A DNA stretch of 64,000 nt from a virus, in IMG/VR virus record IMGVR_UViG_3300009702_000016, positions 100,032 through 164,031 of that record; one strand, 5' to 3'. Position numbers and translations under genes: made by a program. Every line of letters begins with the position of its first letter. Position 1 is the first letter of the stretch. The notes beneath the pieces are model-generated. The model was not told the origin of the DNA. It saw only the letters and a program-made list of their open reading frames with translations, and searched no databases. Of this stretch, positions 1-9,776 are shown in pieces.

Positions 1-38
1 ATAGCAGTCGAGCAGACGCAAGAGCTTTCCGAGCGCTT

Positions 39-488
39 GTGGGGAATACGAAAATGAGCGACCCTGAATCTCCTTTAGAGGATAGCCTATACTCCTTCTC
101 TGTCGAGAGGGATAACCGTAATTTAGCAACTGAGCAGGTTCGGAAGATAAATACCGTCTTACGTAGAGTGCGACGGCTGAACAAGGATTCTCAACGAATG
201 CAACGTGTAGACCCCGGTACTTTGTCCTCCGAACCTAAAGTGGAGGTAAAGGCTTCTTCTATTCCTAACGTAGTGGAAATCCTGCCCCCTTCTCTTGCTC
301 GGCCCGTCAGGCGCCCATCCAGAGAGGATGATGCCACAGAGGATTTCCTAATCCCGGAGCCTACTGACTCCTCCTTTGTTGCTTCCGCCTTTAGAAAAGC
401 GTTTGAGGCACTAGAGAAAGAGGAACTTCAGACAAGAAGAAAGAACGGAGAGGGATCCGCTGTTGTTAAGACTTGGAAGCTCCTGTGA
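39..488 (+). CDS. hypothetical protein (may extend past the window start)
   Basis: ORF track; frame is open back to position 3. Confidence 0.6.
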   Translation: MGNTKMSDPESPLEDSLYSFSVERDNRNLATEQVRKINTVLRRVRRLNKDSQRMQRVDPGTLSSEPKVEVKASSIPNVVEILPPSLARPVRRPSREDDATEDFLIPEPTDSSFVASAFRKAFEALEKEELQTRRKNGEGSAVVKTWKLL

Positions 489-494
489 TTCCTA

Positions 495-1436
495 ATGACT
501 AGCCCTAAAGAGATAGTTAGCGACCTCCAGAGTAAGCTCGGGGAGTCGTTGTCTTCCGTTATCAAACCTGGAGGGTCTATAGCGGATCACAACCGAAAAA
601 GAATAATAAAGGCAAATGCCAAATTGCGTAGCTCCCTTATCCCCTATAAGGAAGCACTATCTCTGGTTTCTCATGTGCGTCCAGAGACGAAAGACGACAT
701 TATAAAGGAAATCGCCTATCGAAGGAAGGTACCTCCAAACTACATTGATAAGGCGTACAAGAAGTTTCTCTGGAAGAATGTTCTTGATCGTATTATTCCA
801 TGGTCACGAGCCAAGAACAGGTCAAATGCTGTCATTAAGGAGAAGTCTCAGGGCTCGCTTCTTATATTCAAGATACTGTTCTCTCTGACGACAAGCGCTG
901 TTTCCCGCCTGTTAGACGACTATCCTTCTGCTGCTGCCAAGGAGGAGGAAGAGCCCAGTTCCAAGTCTGCCTATGAGGATGATGACCTAGAGAAGAAGGT
1001 ACATGGGATCGAAAAGGACATCGGTATGCATGGCTCTAAGAGCCCAAAAGAGGCTTCTGTTGAGGATTTTTCCTCCTATGTCTCAAAACACAAATCCGAT
1101 CTTTCTAACCCTGCTGACCTGCTAGAGAAGTACAACAAAGTGATTGCGAATACGCTACGCTTTGCTTCCCCAGAAGCCTTTAGCGTGATCTATCGGTCTT
1201 CCCTCCGTGCGAATACGTTGGCTCTGGTCTTGGCTGAAACGGCAGTAGACGCGAAAAAGGAGTCAGATCCTGTTGTATTTGTGGCGTGCACTGCTATCTA
1301 TCGAACGCTTCAGGTTTCTGGGTCTATCGTGAAGGAGTCCGTTCCCCTTAATAGGAAGCAGAGGAAGGAGCTTAAGGAAGAGTTTAAGATGATTGAGGAA
1401 AATACCAACTTACTAGAGAAGGCAAATGACAACTAA
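495..1436 (+). CDS. hypothetical protein
   Basis: 313 aa ORF in tightly packed + strand run. Confidence 0.7.
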   Translation: MTSPKEIVSDLQSKLGESLSSVIKPGGSIADHNRKRIIKANAKLRSSLIPYKEALSLVSHVRPETKDDIIKEIAYRRKVPPNYIDKAYKKFLWKNVLDRIIPWSRAKNRSNAVIKEKSQGSLLIFKILFSLTTSAVSRLLDDYPSAAAKEEEEPSSKSAYEDDDLEKKVHGIEKDIGMHGSKSPKEASVEDFSSYVSKHKSDLSNPADLLEKYNKVIANTLRFASPEAFSVIYRSSLRANTLALVLAETAVDAKKESDPVVFVACTAIYRTLQVSGSIVKESVPLNRKQRKELKEEFKMIEENTNLLEKANDN

Positions 1437-2544
1437 GCACATGAGCCATGTAGTTACCACGGGTCCTGCCGTTCAGGCTCAGGTTTTATACCATTGGCTG
1501 ACTTACGTAAACTCTTTTATCGTGGTAGAGGCGCACGGCGCAAATTGGACCTCTACGGACTTCTCCGGTTCTACGGGAGCAATCAATAGCTTGACTCCTT
1601 TGTCTTTCTATGACGCGAATCCTGTCTTTGACGCCACTTTCGTCGGAAAGTACATCGCAATAAAGGACGGGACAAATCCTAGGAACAGCACAGTCGCCAA
1701 GATTGCTAACTTTGTGTCCGCCACTGAAATCGTGTTAGAGACGGCCTCTCTGTTTGATACGGATTCGTCTGACCTTTCCTACGTTGTGTTTGATACGGTT
1801 GCTTCCCCTATCTCTACCGGTGATTTCCTGGTACTTCAGACCCCGATTTCTTCAGGACCTCAGTGGCAGATCCGATGTGAGCTTACTGCTACTCCAGAGC
1901 TTAAGTGGACCATGGGATTTCTTGGAGGCTGGAACGTTGGAACAAGTACGTGGGACCTTCCACAGGTCTCTTCTGACTTTTTCTCCTCCCCTACTACCTA
2001 CTATACCTATTGTGTAGCCGATGATGCTGCGGGCTACTTCTACATGTGGACAGACTCGACAAATGTCGGATCTTTGGCACCTAAGAACGCAATGTGGGCT
2101 GGGAATCTCAGTCCTTTTCACTCTCCGGTTGAGCCCGGAGTTCCAAAGGACTTATCTTACTCCGCCATTTTTGGTAGCACTACTTCTTTGACTACTGCCA
2201 ACGTGTCCCGGGATACCTCTGTAGCGAATAACTTCTCCGTGGGAGAGACTGTTGGAGCCTCTGGCTTGGTAATCCCCTTGTACTTTGCACAGAAGGCTTT
2301 ACTTTCGTCGGGCGTAGATACGATGTCTCACGCTATTACTACTAACCCAAGATCTGGCCAGATTGATGACTACGACGCCATCTGTTTCTCTCCTCCTCCT
2401 GACTTAGGTTGGCGAGGAAGAGTTCTTGGGGTTCGACTTTTGAACGATAACGTAGCAAACCGTACCCCGATCAACTCCAATGATACCTACGTTGTTGGCG
2501 GTGGGATCGGCGCTTCGTGGAACGGTAAGGCTCCCAATCCGTGA
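1426..2544 (+). CDS. putative virion structural protein
   Basis: 372 aa, S/T/G-rich beta-type composition, in structural module. Confidence 0.55.
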   Translation: MTTKHMSHVVTTGPAVQAQVLYHWLTYVNSFIVVEAHGANWTSTDFSGSTGAINSLTPLSFYDANPVFDATFVGKYIAIKDGTNPRNSTVAKIANFVSATEIVLETASLFDTDSSDLSYVVFDTVASPISTGDFLVLQTPISSGPQWQIRCELTATPELKWTMGFLGGWNVGTSTWDLPQVSSDFFSSPTTYYTYCVADDAAGYFYMWTDSTNVGSLAPKNAMWAGNLSPFHSPVEPGVPKDLSYSAIFGSTTSLTTANVSRDTSVANNFSVGETVGASGLVIPLYFAQKALLSSGVDTMSHAITTNPRSGQIDDYDAICFSPPPDLGWRGRVLGVRLLNDNVANRTPINSNDTYVVGGGIGASWNGKAPNP

Positions 2545-2930
2545 CCGATAAACTACCAGAGTTGCAGTTTCTTTCTAGTTCTTCTCCTTTTAGGGCGGAC
2601 CCCTCCTCTTTCTCTGCCCTTTTTTCAGTATTCAATCGAGCAAAGAAGGAGCGCGCACGGCAGTTTACAGCCGCCTCCAACTCGGTTTCGACCATGGTGG
2701 ACAATCCTCCTTCCTCTTACCTTGGGGGAAAGCTGGACGACTACTTTCGTGACGTGATCTTGGGCTCAGTTCCCGAGACGTCATGGTATGATGACGTTTT
2801 TTGGTGCTGTTTTCTGTGTTTGGCAGCAGGCACTGACATCGAGGAGTGCTATCTAGGAGGACCCCTGCACTGTCTTGTGTACGAGGTTTACGATGACTTC
2901 GATCCCAGGGACGTAGCCTCCGATGACTAG
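2541..2930 (+). CDS. hypothetical protein
   Basis: GTGA overlap with upstream gene. Confidence 0.55.
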   Translation: MTDKLPELQFLSSSSPFRADPSSFSALFSVFNRAKKERARQFTAASNSVSTMVDNPPSSYLGGKLDDYFRDVILGSVPETSWYDDVFWCCFLCLAAGTDIEECYLGGPLHCLVYEVYDDFDPRDVASDD

Positions 2931-3486
2931 TTTTTCCTCATCCTTTGGTGCCTCTTCCTCCTATATTGGGTCTGGAACTGCACTAGACTCCTCGTTTTTC
3001 GCGCATTGGCCTCCTGAGGCTGGCTGCATTGGTTTGTCCTTGTCTGGTGTGGGTGGGGGAGTTTCTTCCATCAGCGCTGCCGTTACTGACGTCGCTCGTC
3101 AGTTCATGGCCAGGTCCATTACAGATGGAACCTCCTTTCAGATCACCCATTATGCAGTAGGAACGTCGGGGTATGATGTCTCAAATCCGGTATCTGCTCT
3201 TCTCGTAGACCCAACTTCTACCTCTTTGATGTCTGAAGTCTACCGGAAGCCTATCGATTTAGTGGAAACTGCTACATTGGACGCAACAGCTAAGAGTTTT
3301 GTTGCCCGTATCGGTCGAACGGACTTGGCGGCAGGTATAGGTGAGATTGCGCTATTCGCTACGATTCTAGACAGTCCATTCATATCTGAGATAGGCACGC
3401 AGTTTATGTATGCAGTGGCACATCAGCCACTAAACACGAAGACATTGCATCACGTTGTTTCGTATCGGATAATTGTGGCGCTGTAA
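2923..3486 (+). CDS. baseplate / tail-fibre attachment (collar-type) protein
   Basis: ITHYAVGTSG...PTSTSLMSEVYRKPI...GEIALFA resembles the myovirus tail-fibre N-terminal attachment motif. Confidence 0.6.
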   Translation: MTSFSSSFGASSSYIGSGTALDSSFFAHWPPEAGCIGLSLSGVGGGVSSISAAVTDVARQFMARSITDGTSFQITHYAVGTSGYDVSNPVSALLVDPTSTSLMSEVYRKPIDLVETATLDATAKSFVARIGRTDLAAGIGEIALFATILDSPFISEIGTQFMYAVAHQPLNTKTLHHVVSYRIIVAL

Positions 3487-3499
3487 CGAGGATAAATTG

Positions 3500-5059
3500 A
3501 TGGCCCTGTTCGAAAACTTCAAGAAGCTACTACAGCTAGTGCTGTCTAACTCGCAGACAGTGGGACAGAACGCCGTTCTTTCGGATGCCGCCTACTCTCA
3601 GGAGTTATCTGACCACATCGAAGCGCTCACCTCTGACCAGAATCTACATCTCAATACAACGAATGTGGAATTAGCGTCTGGGCTTCTCGTTTCCGACGCA
3701 AACAAGCGAGAGATTCGCTTTGAGCCGAAGGGATCAGGCAAGATTGTCCAGGGTTTCTTAGAGGCTAACATCTCCGACGTTAGGAAGATCTGGCAGCGTT
3801 CGGATGACTCCTTAGGCACAGCGACCACAGTTCCTTACGGTACCCTATCAGACGGAAGGCGTTACTACGTCGCTGATGCGGGATCCGGGGTGCTGTACCT
3901 GAACGAATACGGTCAGGTGACAGGCGCCGTTCCCGGATTTGGTGACACTGTGACAGGATATGGTACTCCTGTCTCCTGCCTAACCTTCGACATCTTAGGA
4001 GTGGAGTACGTCGCCGTTCTTGCGGCGGAGCACTACCTGAGAGTCTATCTATCCTCAGACTTTTCCTTGGTAGCAACCTTTGGTACGCCAAATACCATAG
4101 GTTTACCAAACGCCTCACTGTTGGATACGCCTACAGACATGGCTTTTGACGAGGGAACCTCCACCTTGTATGTATCCTGCTCAGGTGCTGCGGGTCCCAG
4201 CATTCCGGCAGGAGCTACGGGCTCTGGGATCGTGTTTTCTCTTGATCTGTCCTCTCTTCCCGCCATTACCTTCGGTTCCTACTTGGCTTTGGACAACGGA
4301 GGAGCCCTTACCCAGGGTCAGGTTGTTCTCCCTTCGGGCCTGTTCTTCGACACTTCTGATAATGCGTTGTGGGTACTAACGGGAGACTCCTCGAATCCTT
4401 CTCTTCCCTTTGAGGTTGGTGGACTTAGTGTCACTGGACTCCTAAGTGACGGTTACCTTAAGGGGTACATCGAGTTTAGAGGAACTGGGTTTTCTACGGT
4501 TGCCGCTTCCAAGATCCATATTGACATTGATAGAAGGCGCTTGTACTTGACGAATAGCCCGAGTGTTGAAGTGTTCGATCTGGTCACCATGAAGCACTTG
4601 TACACCTTTGGTAGGTACGGGAGTGACGAGAGCGCTCTTACTACGTCCGCTGGTGCCTTCTACCCCACCACAGGACAGGTGGCCGCCGTTGGTTCTGACA
4701 TCTTGGCTGTGGATGGCATCACTCTCAACTTTGCTCTGTTCTACGACGCCACAAACAACCGGATTGTTCGGGTGGGTGAGAGCCTTTACGAGGGGTCAAA
4801 CGTGGTTTCGTTCTTGGGCGAGACTTTTACTGTTCCTCTCAGCCTTCACGGGTACTTGGTGAAGGGAACATTGTCTTCTGACAGGGTCCAAGTAGAGTAT
4901 CGAACCTCATCTACTGGAACATGGCAGCTCCTAAGCCAGACCGATAGTGTTCCCTCCTCTACTTACTTCCAGTTTAGACTGCAGGTTGTGGCCGACCTTT
5001 CTGACGTCATTCAGAATCGCTCTATCCAGGAGATTTTGGTTATCGGGGAGCAGGAATAA
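3500..5059 (+). CDS. virion protein with NHL/beta-propeller-like repeats
   Basis: LDTPTDMAFD...LYVS, PSGLFFD...LWV, IHIDIDRRRLYL repeats; GAGG RBS before ATG 3500. Confidence 0.6.
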   Translation: MALFENFKKLLQLVLSNSQTVGQNAVLSDAAYSQELSDHIEALTSDQNLHLNTTNVELASGLLVSDANKREIRFEPKGSGKIVQGFLEANISDVRKIWQRSDDSLGTATTVPYGTLSDGRRYYVADAGSGVLYLNEYGQVTGAVPGFGDTVTGYGTPVSCLTFDILGVEYVAVLAAEHYLRVYLSSDFSLVATFGTPNTIGLPNASLLDTPTDMAFDEGTSTLYVSCSGAAGPSIPAGATGSGIVFSLDLSSLPAITFGSYLALDNGGALTQGQVVLPSGLFFDTSDNALWVLTGDSSNPSLPFEVGGLSVTGLLSDGYLKGYIEFRGTGFSTVAASKIHIDIDRRRLYLTNSPSVEVFDLVTMKHLYTFGRYGSDESALTTSAGAFYPTTGQVAAVGSDILAVDGITLNFALFYDATNNRIVRVGESLYEGSNVVSFLGETFTVPLSLHGYLVKGTLSSDRVQVEYRTSSTGTWQLLSQTDSVPSSTYFQFRLQVVADLSDVIQNRSIQEILVIGEQE

Positions 5060-5319
5060 TGGCTGCTCCTAGAGGTGCTTCACTCTCTACGATGGTTACA
5101 GACACTACAGTCTCCAAGACCGCTGCTGTAGTTCTTGAGACGTTCGATTCCTTATCTGATCCTTGTGCCTTTCTCCAGGATCAGCTTCTTGACCAGATTC
5201 TTTTGGAGCTTGGTGCTCCTTCTGGATCTAGTTTGTCTTGTTCAGTAGACTCCGTATCTATACTGGACAATGCTCGTCGGCAATATCGCTGGACAGTGAG
5301 CACAACTTGGATGGAGTGA
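5059..5319 (+). CDS. hypothetical protein
   Basis: TAATG coupling with upstream gene. Confidence 0.6.
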   Translation: MAAPRGASLSTMVTDTTVSKTAAVVLETFDSLSDPCAFLQDQLLDQILLELGAPSGSSLSCSVDSVSILDNARRQYRWTVSTTWME

Positions 5320-5323
5320 TCTC

Positions 5324-5716
5324 ATGGAAGACTTCTTTAGTATGATCAGTAGCTATGTTCTACCCCACTGGCCCTTTCTAACTGTTGGTGTAGTTTTCGC
5401 TGTCATCGGTCAATTTACGAGTCGTAAGGTGTTCACTCGTGAACGTGCGTATAGGAAGACTGAAAAGAAGCTCGTCCAGAGCTTTTGGTGGTGGGGAAGA
5501 GAAACTCTTTCGCTCCATCCCCTCGTTATAGGCGCTGTAGTCGGTCTCATGTGGCACAATCCAGAGTCCGCCTCCCCGGCCTGGCCTTTTGCTGCTTCCG
5601 TAGCCTATTTTGCGGGTGCAGGTGCCGCTTCTTTGTTCGCTTGGTCCCTTCTTCGTGGGTACCTTAAGAAAAAGGGAGTGGATCTTACGCTTCCAGGTGA
5701 CGAATCTGCTGAGTGA
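5324..5716 (+). CDS. membrane protein, holin candidate
   Basis: 130 aa, three hydrophobic segments, charged C-terminus. Confidence 0.45.
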   Translation: MEDFFSMISSYVLPHWPFLTVGVVFAVIGQFTSRKVFTRERAYRKTEKKLVQSFWWWGRETLSLHPLVIGAVVGLMWHNPESASPAWPFAASVAYFAGAGAASLFAWSLLRGYLKKKGVDLTLPGDESAE

Positions 5717-6099
5717 TGCTTCTGCTCTCCAAGAAATTAGCGCGTACGGCTGGCCTTGCTTTAGATCGAGGCCAGCCTGAGCTGTTTAAGCGAATTCGTC
5801 GTGCCGCTATTCTTTTAGCTGAGAATGAGAGAGACGACTACTTCGACACGGATTCTGATCTCAACGATACTATCAAGCAAGAGAGATCAGAGGAGCCTCC
5901 TCCCGAGGAAATACCAGGTACTGAAGATCCTGATGGGCTTGGAGACGAAGAAGAGGAAGACGAAATAGACGAAGAGGAAGCGGAAGATAAGAAAGGGGAC
6001 TACGGAGCGTTTCCAGTAGGAGCTGTTGGAGTTAAGGAGAGGAGAAGAGGACCCCAGCCTTGGGGAGTAAGTACGAAACCTAAGTGGTGGAAACCATGA
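5713..6099 (+). CDS. acidic protein with helix-Gly-helix N-terminal motif (putative internal virion protein)
   Basis: KKLARTAGLALDRGQPELFKRI followed by D/E-rich tract. Confidence 0.55.
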   Translation: MMLLLSKKLARTAGLALDRGQPELFKRIRRAAILLAENERDDYFDTDSDLNDTIKQERSEEPPPEEIPGTEDPDGLGDEEEEDEIDEEEAEDKKGDYGAFPVGAVGVKERRRGPQPWGVSTKPKWWKP

Positions 6100-6515
6100 A
6101 GTGCCTTCTTTTCATTCTGTCCCTTCTTTTGGTTTCCTCGACCGCTTATGCACAGGAGGAATCCTCGAACTCTACTACCTCGGATACTTCCGTTCCCCAG
6201 CTTTCTGTTCCACTTCTTCAAGGGACTCCCGCTCCTTTCTCTGGCCTCTTGATTACAGAAGGTCACGCAACTCAGTGTATTGAGGATGCTGCGGCTGTTT
6301 CTAGGCTCCGGGTAGAGACGTCCGTGAGAACTCGGCAGTTGTCACTTTCTACACACCTTTATGAGGCATTCATAGAGGATCAGCGAGAAAGAATAAGAGG
6401 ATTGATTCAAACGAGTTGGTGGGATCGTAATGGCAATGTATTTATGCTTGGCGTTGGGCTTGTACTTGGCGTTGTAGGAAGTGCCTTGCTCGTGGGTTTG
6501 GCAAACAACAACTAA
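6096..6515 (+). CDS. exported, C-terminally anchored membrane protein (spanin-like candidate)
   Basis: signal peptide MKCLLFILSLLLVSSTAYA, helical middle, C-terminal TM segment; near holin candidate. Confidence 0.45.
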   Translation: MKCLLFILSLLLVSSTAYAQEESSNSTTSDTSVPQLSVPLLQGTPAPFSGLLITEGHATQCIEDAAAVSRLRVETSVRTRQLSLSTHLYEAFIEDQRERIRGLIQTSWWDRNGNVFMLGVGLVLGVVGSALLVGLANNN

Positions 6516-6532
6516 GATTTCGAGGTAGGTAG

Positions 6533-6745
6533 ATGGCTGTATTTAGGTACATCGGTAACAATGGGCTCTATGACCAGGCAGGGACGTTTTCGGTTTCAGC
6601 CTCAGACACTGCAGGAGTGACGCAGACGTATTCCTTCGCTCCTAACGTAGACTTCACCGTAGCTACGGATGACGCGATCATTGCTGCCCTAGAATACCAT
6701 ATCGACCCGTTTTCCAAAGAACTTGATTTCCTGAGGATTTCGTAA
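6533..6745 (+). CDS. small putative structural protein
   Basis: GAGGT RBS; ORF track. Confidence 0.6.
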   Translation: MAVFRYIGNNGLYDQAGTFSVSASDTAGVTQTYSFAPNVDFTVATDDAIIAALEYHIDPFSKELDFLRIS

Positions 6746-7047
6746 TGACCTACCTTTTGTATCATGGGTCAAGCTTGGCGCTTAAGATTCCTACGAATGA
6801 TGGCGGGTCTCCCTCTCCAGCATCTGGCGGGTCGCCTGACGTTCAAAACTTTTTGGTGTGGGATAACATTCCAGTTGCCGGTGACATTGTTATCGGGCTA
6901 GATGAAGTAGCCTACCCCTATGCGTATAACTACGCGATTTCAAAGACTAAAACAGATGGAACTCCGTTGTGGACGACCACAGCTGGCCCCGCTACCGCTG
7001 CTGCTCCCGCACTTCACACTCCTATCATTTCTTCGGCTACTCTCTAG
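6745..7047 (+). CDS. small putative structural protein
   Basis: TAATG coupling. Confidence 0.6.
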   Translation: MTYLLYHGSSLALKIPTNDGGSPSPASGGSPDVQNFLVWDNIPVAGDIVIGLDEVAYPYAYNYAISKTKTDGTPLWTTTAGPATAAAPALHTPIISSATL

Positions 7048-7060
7048 AGGTTAATACACC

Positions 7061-9625
7061 ATGGCAGACTTTAGACTAATTGGACAAAACACAGCCAGCT
7101 ACGGACCTCAGGCCCTAGCTGCTCAGGGTGATACCCTACTTATCAGCGGGATTACTCCTACTACCACCTTGACTGTTGGTGGCGACTTGCAGGTCAACGG
7201 TACCGTAACAACAACGGGGGCTGCTGTTGTTGGAGCAGGTGCTTCCTCTGTTACGGGGGCTATCACCTTCAATAATGACGTCACCTTTGGTGATGGTACA
7301 GGCCCTGACGCGGTTACCTTCGCCAGCGTCTGGGTCGCAGGAACAGGAGTAGATTACTCTAAGGCTTTGAGCCTGGCTCCGGGTGGAACCGTTTCTGCTA
7401 CTGGTGCAACCACCACAGGTGTTGACATCCTTATAGCGTCGGGAACTGCGGCTCCCGACGTAACCGCCGCCAAGGGTTCGTTGCTCTTGAAGAACACGGA
7501 CGGTACTGCCTGGATTAATACAAATGGTGCTGCTGCATGGTCCCAACTGGCAACGGGTTCAGGTAACAGCCTGCAGGCTGCTTACACTGTAGGTTCTAGC
7601 ATTACTACGGACGGCACCAACCTTGTTAGTATTGATGGTTCTGCAGGTGGACCTGCCCTTACTCTTGACATAGGTAACTCTACAGGGGATATCCTTACTG
7701 CTCACTCTGGGATATCAAGTACGCCTGTTTTTTCCCTTGGTGGTACGGCTTCTGGGTATTCTCTGGCTCCTGCGGGCTATGGTCCCTTCAATGTATCTGG
7801 TCTGTCCTTGGATATTGCTGCGGGCGCTGCGGGAACCTCGTCAGGAACTGGTGGCGCTCTTTCTTTGTCCGGTGGTTCTTCCCCCAACTCTGGTATAGGA
7901 GGTTCCGTTACGATCACTTCTGGTAGTGGTGTAGGTAACTTTGCTGGTGCCATTGACATCCAGACGGGAACAGGAAACTCTTCCGCTATTAGCATTGGTA
8001 CGACTAACAACGCTACAGTTACCGTGGGATCGGCTTCTAACGCTTCCACCCTCTACCACGCAGAGGTCACTAGTTCTCCGGGTAATGCTGTTGTTGCCCT
8101 TAATGCGAGCGCTACAGGTGGGTCAAGTACTGCTGTTGGGTCTTATGCCATCGGTGTTGATTCTGGTGACCTGTCACACATTGGAGCCATTTCTAATGCC
8201 AACTTACAGACAACTCTCATCGCTATTGATAGCACCATTGGTACACTGTCCACCAGCGCCGCTCATACTTTGCAGAAGGCGTATGACGGGGCAGGTTCGG
8301 GAGCAGGTGCCGCGGTAACTCTTGCAAATAGCGCCCCTGTTACTTTCACGCATGCTTCAGGCGCTGGCGGTGCTTTCTCTATCACTGATGCAGGAACAGG
8401 CGGAACTTCCTTCTTACTGAACAACACAGGTGGTTCCAACACGATCCTAGACGTTCAGGACGGTGGAACTTCAGTCCTTGCTATCGACAACGCAGGCGCA
8501 TTCACGGCTACTCCCACCTCGGGGCAGGCAGCCACGATCACTGCCGCTGGTGCGGGTACGATTGATGTAACATCCGACACGGGTGCTATTACTGTATCGT
8601 CCTCAAGCGCTGCAGCCGCTGGTGCTGTTAGCGTGACTTCGTCCTCAAGTGCGGCAGCCTCTGGTGCTATTACTGTATCATCATCAGGTGTCACTTCTTC
8701 TGGTAACGTTTTGGTATCCACGGGAACTACTGGTGCCACTGCAACTTCTGGCACGCTTACTCTTAGCTCCACCGCCTCAGGCAATGGATCCACTTCGGGT
8801 GCTGTTTCGATAGCCTCCTCTTCGACTGCGGGTCCTGCAGGTGACGTCAAGCTGTATTCGTCTACTTCTGGTTTAGGTCAGAGTGGGGGAGATGTATATG
8901 TTTACTCGTCAAATAGCAATGGAGGAACTTTGGGTGGTGTTACCCTATCCACGGGAACTCCTTCTCCTGTAGTTCCCTCTTCTGGTAACATAGAGATACG
9001 TTCGAGTGCTGATACGGTTGTAGCGTCCTCAGGCGCCATTACTTCTACTGCCGCAACTGGCATTACCTCAACTACGTCCCTAGGTAACATTGCTATAACT
9101 GCGACTGCTGGCGAGATTACGTTCTCCTCGGCGGGCACTGCTGGACCTACATACAGCCAGACGGGTGACCGTTCGTTGTCTGGATTTGATGTGGGCATTA
9201 CCTCCATTGTTGGTGCCCTTAACGATCTAAAGTCCACAGCTGCTACGGATGCAGCTACGACTACGTTTGTGATAAAGAATCTCCAAACCATCTCTGCAGG
9301 GGATGTGGTGGCATTGGACGGCAGCGGAGCACTTCGTGCCGAAGCCTTAGGCACTATAACTCCTGCTGTGGTAGGAATTGCCCTCACAGGCGGGTCAGGT
9401 AACGGATCAGTTACTACTACTGTGTTGCTCGCTGGTAAGTATACTTACACTGCAGCAATACCTACTGCTACTGCTATGGGACAGGCGGTGTACCTGGGCG
9501 CGGCGGGTGCGTTGACTACGACTGCTCCTACGGCTTCTGGGGATTACCTAATCCGTATAGGCTACGTCGGTGACACCCTTAAAAAGGAGCTTGTTATCCG
9601 TATGGATTCTGGAACTCTGCTCTGA
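7061..9625 (+). CDS. long fibre protein with C-terminal decoration/cement-like domain
   Basis: 854 aa, G/S/T/A-rich beta repeats; two LQxAY motifs; C-terminal ISAGDVVAL...VVGIA...GQAVYL...TTTAP pattern. Confidence 0.7.
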   Translation: MADFRLIGQNTASYGPQALAAQGDTLLISGITPTTTLTVGGDLQVNGTVTTTGAAVVGAGASSVTGAITFNNDVTFGDGTGPDAVTFASVWVAGTGVDYSKALSLAPGGTVSATGATTTGVDILIASGTAAPDVTAAKGSLLLKNTDGTAWINTNGAAAWSQLATGSGNSLQAAYTVGSSITTDGTNLVSIDGSAGGPALTLDIGNSTGDILTAHSGISSTPVFSLGGTASGYSLAPAGYGPFNVSGLSLDIAAGAAGTSSGTGGALSLSGGSSPNSGIGGSVTITSGSGVGNFAGAIDIQTGTGNSSAISIGTTNNATVTVGSASNASTLYHAEVTSSPGNAVVALNASATGGSSTAVGSYAIGVDSGDLSHIGAISNANLQTTLIAIDSTIGTLSTSAAHTLQKAYDGAGSGAGAAVTLANSAPVTFTHASGAGGAFSITDAGTGGTSFLLNNTGGSNTILDVQDGGTSVLAIDNAGAFTATPTSGQAATITAAGAGTIDVTSDTGAITVSSSSAAAAGAVSVTSSSSAAASGAITVSSSGVTSSGNVLVSTGTTGATATSGTLTLSSTASGNGSTSGAVSIASSSTAGPAGDVKLYSSTSGLGQSGGDVYVYSSNSNGGTLGGVTLSTGTPSPVVPSSGNIEIRSSADTVVASSGAITSTAATGITSTTSLGNIAITATAGEITFSSAGTAGPTYSQTGDRSLSGFDVGITSIVGALNDLKSTAATDAATTTFVIKNLQTISAGDVVALDGSGALRAEALGTITPAVVGIALTGGSGNGSVTTTVLLAGKYTYTAAIPTATAMGQAVYLGAAGALTTTAPTASGDYLIRIGYVGDTLKKELVIRMDSGTLL

Positions 9626-9631
9626 TACCGG

Positions 9632-9671
9632 GCAGGATAATGGGTAATAGATTGCCCGTTATCCTGCTTTT
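9632..9671 (+). terminator. intrinsic terminator
   Basis: GCAGGATAATGGGTAAT/ATTGCCCGTTATCCTGC stem followed by TTTT, just after fibre stop. Confidence 0.7.
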
Positions 9672-9776
9672 AGGGTCACTATATTGCTCGTTGAGCCCTA
9701 TGAAGAACGAAGCCGAGTAATCTTTTGCTCGGTTTTGTTCTTTGGCCCCTAGACACTTATGTAAAGACCGTAAGAG

